NCBI GenBank assembly: GCA_052327205.1
Contig: CM126205.1
Coordinates: 301,196,001-301,260,000 of the forward strand
Source of the DNA: Somniosus microcephalus
Lineage: Eukaryota
DNA: 64,000 bases
Direction: 5' to 3'
The notes beneath the pieces are model-generated. The model was not told the DNA's origin. It was given only the letters and a program-made list of their open reading frames with translations, and searched no databases. The position numbers were made by a program, and so were the translations under genes. Of the stretch, positions 24,171 through 37,628 are shown piece by piece; position 1 is the stretch's first letter; each line of letters opens with the position of its first letter.

Positions 24171-27100
24171 ACAGACACAACACTGCCAAAAACTGTTTAA
24201 CCCAGCTCACAAGAAACGCAAACAGACACACTCGCACACACACTCACACACCAGCAGCTCAGTAATATGACATCATGGGAAGAAGAAGGAAGAAAAACGT
24301 CTCCGGATAAACCTCAAGCAGTTTTCAGGTTCATTTTGATGTCTATGCTCTTAATAAAGAAATCCTTTGGTTTCATCAACTGAACCATCTCAAGTGGCTC
24401 TTGCCAGCTATCAGATTATACAGGAGTGGCAGGAACAGAATTGTGCTTGTATCAGGTTTAGAATCCTCCTCTCGTGAATTTGTGAAACATTGAAATCATT
24501 TCTATTTACAACTCGTGCTGTCCAGGCCTTCATATCTGCTTCTTTTCCTGCTTCTGGAAGGTTTGCTGTTTATTTGTTTTTTTAAATACAGAGTAACAAA
24601 AAAAGTTTTATAAAAAAATATATATAACGGTTAGCCGGTGCAAGAAGATTACACTGCGCATATCTACTCATAATATGATCTTTGTATAATCCGCGGGCCT
24701 GCACTTGCCTTCCCAACAACTGCACAACAGGTGCAAATTAAAATGAAAACGGCAGCGAAGTTGGGCAAACAGAAATGCTGACCTGGTTTGAATACCAATT
24801 GACGGGCGAAACAAAACCTTTTCAAAGAGGTGTGACCACAAGGGTTTAGGCAAGTTCAGGCTGGGTAATGCCCTTTGAAAATAAATGATTTTTTTTTTAA
24901 AAAGGGAATATTCGTCTTCACTCTAGCTGTGTGGTCCAGATATACCTTGGCACAATTGACTGTGCCCTTCCTTTGCAACGGCAGTTTAACCATTTCTTAG
25001 CAACGTGCCGAAGATTCTTTATTGCACAAGGGTTCAAGGCTTCACTGGATATATTTGTCTCAGGCTGCAACAAAAGGCCCGAGTCCTGGGAAGCTATCAA
25101 CCCACCCCCTAAAAACTGGTCTCTGGGTGCAAGAGAAATAAAGAGAGGTCTTGAAGGAGTGAATAAAATTATCTAAGGCTGGACAAGCATTAAAAGGCTT
25201 TCTATTCCATAAAAAACATGCCTTTTAAGGTCTTTTGCTTGTCCACAGCATTCTCTCTGAATATCACGTGAACGTTCCCGGTGCAGTGTGATTCAAATAT
25301 TTTAGAGAAAAGGAAGATAAATGATTAATCACTAGCCAATGCACTCACAAATATCAGCACAAGCTAAACAAGCAATGAAGTCATGTCTCAGTATAGGGGC
25401 AGCAGCAGAACATGTATCACCCTCAAAGAGCAACAATACTTTCCCAACCTGCAAGACCTGGATGACAGTAAATATTGTTCTCTTCATAAATACCAATTTC
25501 AGTCCTGACAAGAATCTCCCCTCTGAGCAATAAGCACAAACCGCAACACCAGCTACTGGCGCAGAGACCTCACTAAGACTGTGGGAAAGATGTAACAATA
25601 GTGCTTAGTTGAACATTACCATTTTATTGCACTGATAAGCTCACACCCCTACCCAGGCAAGTACAAATGATACTGAAATTATCCTCTTTTTTTGTAACAA
25701 ACCAGAAAGCAGATTGGCAGTGAAAGCACTCCTGGTGTAACCTGAAGGCTATTTATTCAATAACTTATGCAAACCTCCAGAAATTTAATTAATGCAGTTT
25801 ACAGAAATGGGAAGTGGTCTAATCTGCCTAGAAACCTTGAAAAACAAAACTGTTTTCCCATAATTGACAGGAATATGTGCATTTGAGCCAAAATAACTAT
25901 AAATAAGTATTGGACATTTTTTTTTCATTTCAAAATGAACTGAGGTTTTAATCCTCCTTTTAATCTCACTCTGATAAAAACAAAACCAAGCTAGCCTTCC
26001 TCAATAGCTATTGTGACTTTGTTAAAGTTCTGTCTGCCTCGGGTCCAAAAAGGGCCATTTCTTACATGTGGCTCCTCTAGATTTACCCAAGGGCCACCAC
26101 GGAGGCTTTAGTCATCAAGCTGTAAGTTGGCACCAGCACAGGGTATTACTTCAACCTACAAAGAAGTGGGTGCCTGAAGAATTCTTCAGAGTTATTTTGT
26201 AAACACTCACAGAGAGAGAGAGAGAGAGATGTCCAGTCGCTGGTTCGGAATAAACAATGGCCCCGTATTAGTCTCTGGACAATGTGAAATGCCTGCCAAA
26301 TGAATAGCTGTGATGGATGGCAAACTGAAAATGCAGAAATCACAGAGAGATCCATGGAGGGATTTCTGTAGTGGCCACCTCCCCTTCTGATTGTTCTCGT
26401 CAAGCCCAACAGGACCTGGACTTGCAGTAATCTAACTGCCTTTCCTCTATACTCAAAGAAAACACTTTGTAAATTTTTTTTAAAAACTAACTTGATGCCA
26501 TTTCTGCAGGTGTAAAAGTGATTTAATGCATTTACTGATGGGCAGACATAGTTTTAACACTAATGCCCCCACAAAAACAGGTTTTTGAACGGAACGTTTG
26601 ACTGAAGGGAAGGGAGGTGAGTCCGACTATTCAGATTTTTATTTTTAAGTTTGTTTTATGGTGACAAATATTAATGCTGCTATTCTGATGGTGCAAGTCA
26701 TCATACCATTAAAGAGGACATTTCAGGAATTAAAAATAAATACACTGACAGGACTGCAGGCTCCAATGGGACAAGGTTCCAAACAACCATTTCAACTTTT
26801 GCTTTAAAAAATAAAGAAATAAAATATGACGGTTAAGAAAAAATGCCACGCAGAAAGGATTGTAGGCCCTGGTTAACCACTCTTCTCTGGTAAAAGAAAC
26901 AAAAAATAGAATTTGAGATTACATCGTGCTACAAGCCATGCTGAAATATAAATAAATAACGCCTTAAGTATGAGTTTGGTCCAGCTTGCACCAATACACA
27001 AGCAAGACTATATTAACTCAGGCCTATCATTTTATTTTCTCATTTTAAAACATGATACAGATGCTCTCATAAGCGCAAGAAAATGTTTGCCTAAACTGCT

Positions 27101-27802
27101 CCTTCCGGTCCTTCTCACTGACGTATGATGTATAGGAAATAAAACAAAGTAAATATATTTTTGAAGGCTGTGTGTGTTTTTGTCCTGTATTTGTTTTTCT
27201 CTTTCTAAACCGTACACTATGATAAGATAAAATGTTTCAACGAGAACAGACTTACTGTGCACTTTAAGGCTGCAGTGTTCCTGCAACATTTTTCTCAACT
27301 ATAGAAATTCAAGCTCAGCCAGCCAGACACCTACACGAACTAAATGGCTTTAGTGAGATTGTCGGAACAACAATTATCTGGCTGCTTTTGTGGAAGGCTG
27401 GCTTGAAAAAAAGAAGCCAGTGCCACCTCAAAATGGCTTTATTCCATGCAGATAAAAGAGTTTTGTGGCCATATCTTTAAAGATTAATTTTTTGGGCAAG
27501 GTGATGAGAATAAAGGGATATAAGGGCAGTTTTGCCTTCACAACACTGTGTTGGGCAAATCATTTTTCATTTGTTTGCAAATGTGCAAATCACGTTCAAC
27601 ACGCCATTGCATCACTAGCAATTGATACCATCATTACTGCGGAAATGAAACACAACTCTTTTCCCTTTGCAAACAAAACGAGGTTTGCCAAACAGTTTTT
27701 CTCTTTAATTCATACAGCACTCACAGAGCCCCGTATGGACATAATACACCCACTTGCTGCTTTGGTGAAAATGTGCAGAATGTCAGATCTGAAGCCCTCC
27801 GT

Positions 27803-27930
27803 ATTACATAGAATTACATCGAATTTACAGCACGGAAACAAGCCATTCGGCCCAACTGGCTTATGCTCCACACGAGCCTCCTCCCACCCTACATCATCTA
27901 AACTTATCTGCACACCTTTCTATTCCTTTC
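27803..27930 (-). mobile_element. CR1 3' tail
   Basis: Reverse complement of the 13215 subfamily tail. Confidence 0.8.
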
Positions 27931-30900
27931 TTCCAAATTTTGGCCAAATTGTGACAAAGCATGGTGAACTCAAAAGGGAAGCCTTAAAAACGTGTTTAAT
28001 TTGTTCGACTTCTCCGTCAAATTGTAGGAAAAAACAAGGTGAATGGATATTTCGGATTTGCACCCCACTCCCCCCTCACTTCCCCATCGCCTCCTACCTA
28101 AACAGGTTCTGCAGTAGGCGCTAGCCACAATCATCATTATTATCTGCTTCAGTATTGTATCCTCTAACTTGTTTGATCAGGTACATGTCTGTAGGGCTGA
28201 GGGGGGAAGGTATTCTAGCGATGACTCTGAAGTACCCTTAGGCTTTGAGCCTGGGAAACAAAAAAGAAGGAACTTTAGAAACAGCTGTTAGAATGTACAT
28301 GTATGACAAATGATATTTTTGGGGTTTAGGTCAGCAAATTGTGTTTGGACCTTTCAGAGGATATGGTCAAGCTCGTGGGCAGAACATACTGAAGCTTGTA
28401 TTCCTTTGTGCTAATTATTCATCAAGGTGGGTTAAAATTCAGCTTACATTACACTGATTAGGTTTCTCCGCCCCCCCACCTCATCATTTTCTCAATGAGT
28501 GTTGCTTGTCACTATATCTTTGGCCTGGAATTTGGGCTGTTGATTTCCACCTGATTGGTACCAATGTAGTCCATCATCGGCTAACAGAAGAAGTAATCGA
28601 GTGAGGTTAGTCATTCCTTCAGTGTCTCCCATTCCCCAAGATGAAATGCTTCAATACGACCTGTTGCTCCATCTAAGGGCTCAGCTCAGAGTTCCCGAAA
28701 TTCACCAATGGAGCTAAGAGAGTGTGAATGGCAGTCTGCGCTGGGCAGGTCCAGTTGATGCCATTCCGCCTGCGAGGTCAGGTGCTCGTGCATTTCTGCT
28801 ATTATGCTGCCACAGTAGCTATATAATAATGCCGGCCCCTTACCAAAATATTTTGCACAGCTTAATAATCCTGTGCGACCCAGACAACCATTTTGGTAAG
28901 CGGCACAACCGCCAGAATGGCCCAGGCTTTCCAATAATGGCGGTGTCCAAATGACATCGCAGCTGTGCCACATGTCGCGTGCGCTCAGCAGCCAATGCAA
29001 TGACGTTGACACTCAGCAAAGACGTCATCGCGCCAAACTGTTTCCTGACTTGCGATCAAGCAAATTAGATGGCATGGGGGCATCAAGTGTGAAGATAACA
29101 CATTAATTGCAGGCTTGTAAATAGAGCTGGCAGCTGATTCAATTGTCTTCAACTGAATGGAGTTTAAATAAATTTAACAGGGGTCAAATGCTGGGGAAAA
29201 AAAAGTAAAAACAGAACGTTGTAAAGGTCTGATCTTCTTCAAAGTGTTAAACCTCCTGCCTTTACAGATCATCATCTTTATGTGTCAGCCTGGGCAGCAA
29301 TTCTCCTACCAGAAAACGCAGCAACTTTAAATTATGATAAAAGCATTTCCTAAATATATTCTTTCTCTACTAAATACTGAAAGAACAGATTGAAGTTTTT
29401 ACATCAAAGGCTATCCTACTTTTCCTTTCTAAGTATTCCTATTCTCCAGTGGAGCTCTCAGTTGCTTTCTCTTGCACTCAGCACCATGCTTTATGCTCCC
29501 AAAGGGAACAGTACCTGAACTATTGGATCATCTACATTTCAAGACCTCGAGTCAATCCTGGGCTTAACGTTGATTAATGTGCATGCAAATGGCACCAGGC
29601 GGCACTGGAACGAAAGATCATTTTTTTTTAGTGTATCAGTAGTAAAATCGCTTAAAGCTGACCAACAAAACTCCCCGAAAAGCCCTTTCAATAAATTATC
29701 AATCAAACCCAGAATACTAATAATGATTTATAGTCCAGCCAGCTCTTCAGAGCTCTTTTGTTTCCACTAAGGCATAAAACATTACATCCAAAAGCAACAG
29801 TAATGAAAGTCACTCAGCCAGATTCGCCTTCAGCCTTTTCCTCAGTGAATCTCAACTTTCACTAGAGCTTCCTTTACAAAATAGCTTATACAAGGGTGAC
29901 TAAAATCAAACTGTACCTTTAACTGAAGAAATGACAGCCGAGTCCATAAGGAAATGTCTTACTGCAAATAAGCCCTCATGGTCCCATGCAGTTACAGACC
30001 TGAAATGAACACCTTCCATCAGCAGCAAAACAATTTTTTTTTAAAATCCGAAGTTCACTTCTGGTTGGGGCAACCTATGTTCAAATGCCTTGTAATCCTC
30101 TCAGCTAAGAATCATATTTAGTTCTGGTGCTGGGAATTAACAAGAGCCTTCTCTGTCTGGCACGGCTAACAGGCAATGTGTTGCTTTCTAGCCCATCAGT
30201 TGCATGGGATGTAAATGGACATTCACCTGATTGGATGGAGGCAATTTGTCGTGCTTTAAAAAAAAAGAGATTTGGAAGTATGTTAATCACCTGAATGGCT
30301 CAAAGGGGAGGTGTGCGCATTTGCAAATTGGAAATGAGGTCATTGTCTGCTAGGTTTCCAGGGGGTGTTTGGTGTTGTTAAACCGACAAAGATGCAGCTG
30401 ACTGTATCGGGCTCACCTCACGACCCACCAGACTGGGCAAGAAGTGACAGAAGTGAAAGGCACAGAAGCAGACGCTCGATACATTACGGGGCCCGCTTTG
30501 TGGCAGGGAAAACAAGCACAAAAGCAGGAAATTCAGTGATGTGTAAATGGAACAATGAGAAGGGAGAAATTCAATAATTTCTGTCAGGAGGCACCGACTG
30601 AAGCTGGACTTTAATTGAATTAAAGTCCCATTATTTGTTCAATCCCGAGCAACAGGCTAGCAAAGCAAGGTTTGCTCAACTGTTCTGAGGTACCACCTTT
30701 CCTCACCCCATAATACTCAGCCATCTGTGCACACATCCACACATGTTCTATCTCACGACAAATGCACTGGGCCCCTATCAAGCAAGGACGCCAAAAAAAC
30801 ACACACACACATACACACACACAAAAGCTCTGCAGGCCTCCCTCAGGTCCAAAGAGCAGGGGAAAAAAAACTCTTTGCTTGTCACACAGGTGAGCCAGCA

Positions 30901-32214
30901 ACCACATCCTATCAGCCTTNNNNNNNNNNNNNNNNNNNNNNNNNNNNNNNNNNNNNNNNNNNNNNNNNNNNNNNNNNNNNNNNNNNNNNNNNNNNNNNNN
31001 NNNNNNNNNNNNNNNNNNNNNNNNNNNNNNNNNNNNNNNNNNNNNNNNNNNNNNNNNNNGCAGTCTGCCTTCCCCTACGTGATTTCGGCTGTCAGTTATT
31101 GGGCATAATTACTGTAACTAACCAAATACACACAAAACGTTGAGAATATAAAATTGTTACAGTTTCGCCTGTGTGCAAGCTGGTACTTTGCTGTCACAAA
31201 GGGGCCAATTTCTTTTTAGAAAATAAAGGTCTCTTTTTAGCTTCCTAGGGCTTTTAAAAAGGCAGCGACTAAATTAAGTATCTTATCTGCTCCCATGCAT
31301 AATTTAATCAGTATTTTTGTTGCACTCCTCCCCTCGATACACTGGTGCAAACAGTGAGAAAGCTGGCAGATTTTGAACAGGTATGAAAAAAAAATAATTT
31401 AAAAGAGGTAAGCACGTGGGCAGGGCATATACACAGCTCAAACTCAACATTTGCTATTAGCAAATTAGTTTGTAGTTTTTTCAAATTTGCTGCTGAAGAT
31501 TCTCTCCACGGATGTATTTGCGAAGCAGCTGAAATCACTCATAAGCATTTACTAGGCCACAAAAATGTCTTTATTCATTAAATACCTACTGCACCATACC
31601 GGTCCACTAGTTATAATTAACTAGGGCAACATCACCGCTGTTGCAAAAAAAAGAGCCCAGAAGAGTGAAATGTGACATTAGTTGCAACATCGTGATTGAC
31701 TGGATGGTGTATTTCCATGTCTCATGTCAATGCAATTTAAATTACGGCCTCATAACATGCATTTACAAAACAGCAGGAGAAAGTTTTCCATATAACTTTT
31801 TGGTGCTGACAGTGATCCTTTAATGTATTCAATTAGTTAAAACTTTTAAGTTCAAACATGTCTCTCCATCTTGAAATGTTCCCATTGCTTAACAAGTGCA
31901 CATTTTAATAAAGATCGTTTTTAGCATCATTAATACATTTATTAATTTTATCAGTTTAAAATGTGTTTTACTTCCCCCCACCTCCCCTGCCTTTCTTGAT
32001 CTCCTCAGGTTCATGCGCGTGCACACACACACAAACCCTGCAGGCCTCCCTGCCGTTACTGCACCCTGCAAGGGCAGTCTTTAACCCTGTAACATAGCAC
32101 ATGGAGCACTGTGATATCATGTCACTAGGGGTTTTCAAAGCAGCCTAGTGGAGAATCCAGTTCCATGACTTTGGAAATGGTTCTTGGTGTGAACTTTTCC
32201 TCTTGGACTCCTCC

Positions 32215-33315
32215 AGTGGTTCAGTGGGTGAAAGTACCATTTGGTATGCGACTGACTCACACAGACAAGGAGGGTAACAGCTTCCATCCCTGTTTTGTGC
32301 TGAGTTAGCTGATTCAGTCGGGGTGGACATAAGGGGCCACAATTGCCTTCAGTGCTCCTAGGCATAGGAGATACTGAGAAATGTAGACCTTGGAGTGCAT
32401 GTCCACAGATCCCTGAAGGTAGCATGACAGGTAGATAAGGTGGTTAAGAAGGCATACGGGATACTTTCCTTTATTAGCCGAGGCACAGAATACAAGAGCA
32501 GGGGGGGTTATGCTAGAACTATATAAAACACTAGTTAAGCCACAGCTAGAGTACTGCATTCAATTCTGGTCACCACATTGCAGGCAAGATGTGATTGCAC
32601 TAGAGAGGGTACAGAGGAGATGTACGAGGATGTTGCAAGGACTGGAGAATTTTAGCTGTGAGGAAATATTGGATAGGCTGGGGTTGTTTTCTTTGGAACA
32701 GAGGAGGCGGAGGGGAGACTTAATTGAGGTGTATAAAATTATATGGGGCCTAGATTGATGTGGATAGGAAGGACCTATTTCCCTTAGCAAATAGGTCAAT
32801 AACCAGGGGGCATAGATTTAAAATAATTGGTAGAAGGATTAGAGGGGAGTTGAGGAGAAATATTTTCACCCAGAGGAGGGTGGGGGCCTGGAACTCACTG
32901 CCTGAAAGGGTGGTAGAGGCAGAAACCCTCATCACATTTAAAAAGTACTTGGCTATGCACTTGAAGTGTCGTAACCTGCAAGGCTACAGACCAAGAGCTG
33001 GAAAGTCCGTTTAGGCTGGACAGCTCTTTTTCGACCGGCGCAGACATGATGGGCTGAATAACCGCCTTCTGTGCTGTAAATTTTTATGATTCTTCTATGA
33101 TTCTAAGAGAATTCAGCCAAGTTTCTGTTCCCAATTGCTGCCCAATGGCCCCTACTGGAAAGTGTGAATGTCAGGTGACAACAGCATCTGGCTTGGTCGC
33201 GATATTTCACACAGTTGTTTAGCTTGCTGACATTTGCTATCTAGGTCCAAACATTTAGAATGACCACTTGGGCAAGGCATCAGAGGGCGGTTGGTCTTTG
33301 TGGAACTTCAAGCCG
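32215..33315 (+). mobile_element. LmeSINE1-like SINE split by a CR1 insertion (5' part ~32215-32370, 3' part ~33105-33315)
   Basis: TGTGCTGAGTTAGCTGAT...CAATTGCCTTCAGTGCTCCTAGGCATAGG stops at the CR1 and resumes as AATTCAGCCAAGTTTCTG...CCCCTACTGGAAAGTG after it. Confidence 0.7.
32372..33103 (+). mobile_element. CR1 LINE 3' fragment (ORF2 C-terminus and 3' UTR)
   Basis: LYKTLVKPQLEYCIQFWSP...LEQRRRRGDLIEVYKI and RRNIFTQRRVGAWNSLPE; TATGATTC-type tail. Confidence 0.93.
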
Positions 33316-33359
33316 AAAAGCGTAAAAAAGGTGGCAGATGAGAGAATAGAAGACTCAAT

Positions 33360-33527
33360 GGGATAGATTTGTAACGTGCCTCCTGAGCGTAACACTGGCA
33401 TACCGGATAGGCCGCCCATTATAGAAACCATTATTGAAAGCAATGGGAATGGAAATCGGTCGGTTTCTATAACAGGCGATCAACAACACCAGTTTTACGG
33501 CAGGGCGGCAAGTTGAAAATCTACCCC
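33360..33527. mobile_element. Fold-back (hairpin) MITE, about 168 bp
   Basis: Left arm GGGATAGATTTGTAACGTGCCTCCTGAGCGTAACACTGG versus reverse complement of the right arm GGGGTAGATTTTCAACTTGCCGCCCTGCCGTAAAACTGG. Inner arms TTATAGAAACC / GGTTTCTATAA. Confidence 0.8.
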
Positions 33528-33769
33528 TGAATGTTTTCAGATTTGATGTTATGAAAGATTCCCTGTTGTGGTCCATTCTTACAATAGGTTTAACATGGAA
33601 GTGATGCCACAGCATTTCCTGGAATCTTTACCCATGGATGTGTGGCTTTGCAAGAGTAATATATTGGGGAAACGTGTCTACTGTGGAGAGATTATCTCAC
33701 ATGACACTCTCATAAGCTCCACAACAAATAAGAAAAATTTGACAAAAGTGTTTGAATGTGTGCTGATCT

Positions 33770-34135
33770 GGTAATGTGGGCTACTCTCTGCTAATGTGGG
33801 CCTCTCTCTCTACTGATGTGGGGCTTCTCTCTGAAGAAGTGCCACCACACTCTCTGCTAATGTAGGGCTTTCCTCCGCTAATATGGGGCAGCGCTCTCTG
33901 CTGGTGTGGGGGCCACTCTCTATGCTAATGTGGGGCTGCTCTTTTCTAATGTGAGGCCGCTCTCCGCTAATGTTGGTCAGCACTCTAGGCAAACGTGGAG
34001 CTTTCCGCTGTTGACAGGGACTACTCTCTCTGCTAACTTGGGGCTGCTCTTGCTTGTTAACACAGGACCATGCTCCTTGGTAATGTGCGCCATGCTTTCT
34101 GCTAACTTGGGGCTGTTCTCTCTGCTAACATGGAA
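33770..34135. repeat. Degenerate minisatellite, unit about 21-22 bp (CTCTCTGCTAATGTGGGGC-like)
   Basis: More than ten diverged tandem copies are visible. Confidence 0.85.
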
Positions 34136-37100
34136 TTAATTTTTGACAGCTGTTCTCAATTTACATCTCTTCCAAGTCCACCATCAAAAAAACCCCATCA
34201 GATGTGCTCGATGGGAGGTGATGAAACATATAGGGTAAGGTTTTAGTCCTAGACTCTCTTGCAAATGTCACTGTCCCTTTAAAGAGGCACCAGTCTTTCT
34301 GTTGAGTGTTCTGCCAGTTTACAATAACAAAATAAGTACATAAGAAAGCATTGGCCAAAAATATACCATTTGGACCATTGAGCCTCCTCCTGTAAATTCA
34401 CGGATCCCCTGCTGAAAGAGAGCACAGGCCGGGAAATTGGCACTGTATGTTGTATCCTGATTTCCAACCCGCACTCTCTTCAAGCACAGCTCTCTGATGA
34501 GGAGCGTGAGATCAGTGAACTTACCCTATGCAATCTATCTTATTACAGTCACTTTGCCACCTATTTAATCTCCTGAGGTAAAGTTCTGTATGAATACTCC
34601 TCAATGTCTAAAGGTAATCAAGTGAAACTCCAGAATATTTGTCGAAGTAAGGCAAAATGGCATCCACCTTAATGTCTAAAAATACAGAGTCAGCAATGTG
34701 CAATTTCTGGGATCCGTTAATCTGCTCAACTTCCAACCAAATCCAACATTAAAGATCTTAAAGTCCATTATCTGCTGTGGTAATTGTTACAGTACCTCCT
34801 TCTGATCCTTGATTTTATTTCCATTTCATTTCACTAACCTATGTGCTGCCTAAAAAACAGGCTCAGCACACGCCCGGTTAGTTGGTTAAATTTAATTCAA
34901 GCAAAGTATCTAATATCAATGAGTAGATTCACTGGAATGAGACCTTGTGCTGTTTAGGGAGAAGGCACTGCAGTGTTGGATTTTTATGTTGTTGTACTTA
35001 TGCTTATTTTTCATTTTAAGATAAAAAATATATTTTTCTGCACTAGCACATCTGGGTAATACTCAGGGAAAACTTATTTTCAAGTCTGCTTCTGAGTTAA
35101 TAGCTTTCACCTAACTTTCATCTGCCCTTTCACACCTGCTGTATTGTTTCTCTCAACTGGCCACAATGAATGTTTATTCTAGCCTTCCCAAATGGTTCCA
35201 CACCATCCCGCAACACTCGCCTAAAACACTGGCGTGAGCATTCGCTCACTGCGCATTGTGCGGACATTTTTAGATACCTGGTTGTTATGGACATAACTGT
35301 TCAAAAGTTGAAACACTTAGCTGTGGTCTTTCTCTGAAGCCTGGCCTCTCACGCCACTCGGATTCAGGTCCCTTTCCTCTTAGTTTCAGCTGTTCTGGGA
35401 GGCCTGTATGGCCCGATGCCACCAGCAGCCTGCTGAACCCTATCTCTCAGGTACTGGAATCTGCTGATGCAGACAGTAAACTGGCACTCATCAGCTAAAC
35501 ACAGGGTGTGGCAAAAGTCAGGCAGTTAGTCACACTGTACTGCTATCAGCTTCCTTTCTCTTATAGAGGAGGCCTGACTTTCTTCACGTGTGCAAAGCAG
35601 TCAATACTATTACTAGGAGTCTCCTCCCTCCCCCCACATCTTCTAAGATATGAACATTTGGCAGATCACTAATGCTTCCAACTTACTGTCCCGTTTTGGT
35701 ATCAGTGAATAAATAAATGTAAAAGATATCGAGAACCATATATTGATGTATTCAGAGTGTATTTTATATGTACATATATATATATATATATATATTCACA
35801 AGTTTAAACAAGGTCTAACTTTCAAACGGGTGATTGGACTATCAAATAGTGATAAAGATTGAGGAAAAGAAGTCTAGCTTATTCTTGAAACAGCCTTCTT
35901 ACAACGGTACGCTGGTGAGAGGGAGAGAGAGAGAAAAAAGAGCCAAGAAGTGTGCTTAATATAGCAAGTAACTTGCTTGTGACAAGGCAGTAAAAATTCC
36001 ATTAGAATAGCATGAACAGACCCTTTTCGCTTGGTATCCCATATACTGAGCACAGCAAAAATAATAAGATAACTTACATTTTTCAATTATTCATTTATAG
36101 CACCCCATAAATGCACTACTCTGCATAACTTTAACCTCATGCTTCAAATTCAATCCACTTGCTAAATATATATTTAGTAAAGACTAATTTATATGCTAAC
36201 ACATCAAGCATATGTTGAACACTGTTTCAACACAACACAGTTCCACACAGCTTGAGTTATAAGTAAAGAATGTTTCAAAGAGTAATTTAATAGCAGTTGC
36301 TTCCTTTTACCATACAAACTAAACGAGAACTGGAGGACTGGAAGTTTTGCTTTTGCCAGTCTTTAGTTTGCTAAAAAATCTGTAACACAATACCTAATTA
36401 AAATTGTGAACGCTCCCAGCATTTTGTTCCCACAGATTCCATTTACCTTCCTGGAAATGTCAGAATATCAGAGACACAGAGCTGGAAAACAATCTGAATT
36501 ATTCAAGGTTGTTTTGCATTCCTTTCGGGAACTATTTAATGAAGCTTCTTGATTTGACCGTAGCGTGTTAATGTATCCACATTACAAAAGGCAATGGCTA
36601 CCGCAGCGTTAACATTGTCCAAAATTCACCTTGAACTGCCACGTAACACACAACCGGAGATAATCACTTCCTTTGGAAGTCCGGACAAGGTCAATCTAGA
36701 TTTCAAATTGCTACTTCCCCATTTGTTGGCAATCAGCGAGGCAGGTAGAATGGTCTGTATCATGACAATATCTCCATGACAGTGCTCTTACATGATTGGT
36801 TGGATTGCTGCGTGATATAAATGTGATGAGCCAAAATCGTTTTTTTTAAGTTATCATAAAGTGCCAACATTTATGGAAACAGTCATTATATCACTCCCCT
36901 CCCCTGCCAAGAGTTGGCACACTCACCCACTTGAGGGCCTGCCTTTGTCTGCTTTGCTCCCGAATCAGATACCTTCCAGGGACCTGGCCCAGCAATCTCT
37001 GGGTCAACCTTTAACCACTTTGTGGTACTGAGCCAGGGGAGTGATGTCTCCAAATTAAACTGACATATATGTCCAAAAAGAACACAGAATCTTCCAGTCA

Positions 37101-37159
37101 CAAATTCCTCTATTTCAGGTAGGGGCCACAGGTTTGTCTGTCTGCGAATACGAATCAAT

Positions 37160-37628
37160 ATAGAAACATAGAAGATAGGAGCAGGAGTAGGCCATTCGGC
37201 CCCTCGAGCCTGCTCCGCCATTCAATGAGATCATGGCTGATCATCCAAATTCAGTACACTGTTCCTGCCTTCTCTCCATATCCCTTGATCCCTTTAGCCT
37301 TAAGAAATATATCTAACTCCTTCTTGAATATATTTAATGAATTGGCCTCTACTGCCTTTTTTGGTAGAGAATTCCACAGGTTCACCACTCTCTGGGTGAA
37401 GAAATTCCTCCTCATCTCTGTCCTAAATGGCTTACCCCTTATCCTTAGATTTTGACTCCTGGTTCTGGACTCCCCGACCATCGGGAACATCCTTCCTGCA
37501 TCTAGTCTGTCTAGTCCTGCTAGAATTTTTAAGTTTCAATGAGATCCCCTCTCATTCTTCTAAACTCCAGCGAGTACAAGCCCAATCGACCCAATCTCTC
37601 CTCATACGTCATTCCTGCCATCCCAGGT
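37160..37628 (-). mobile_element. CR1 LINE 3' fragment
   Basis: MFPMVGESRTRSQNLRIRGKPFRTEMRRNFFTQRVVNLWNSLP on the minus strand, with the CR1 3' UTR. Confidence 0.93.

Noticed and set aside
27465-28124. 219-aa plus-strand ORF
   Set aside because: No recognisable domain; it runs through an antisense CR1 tail, so most likely a chance ORF.
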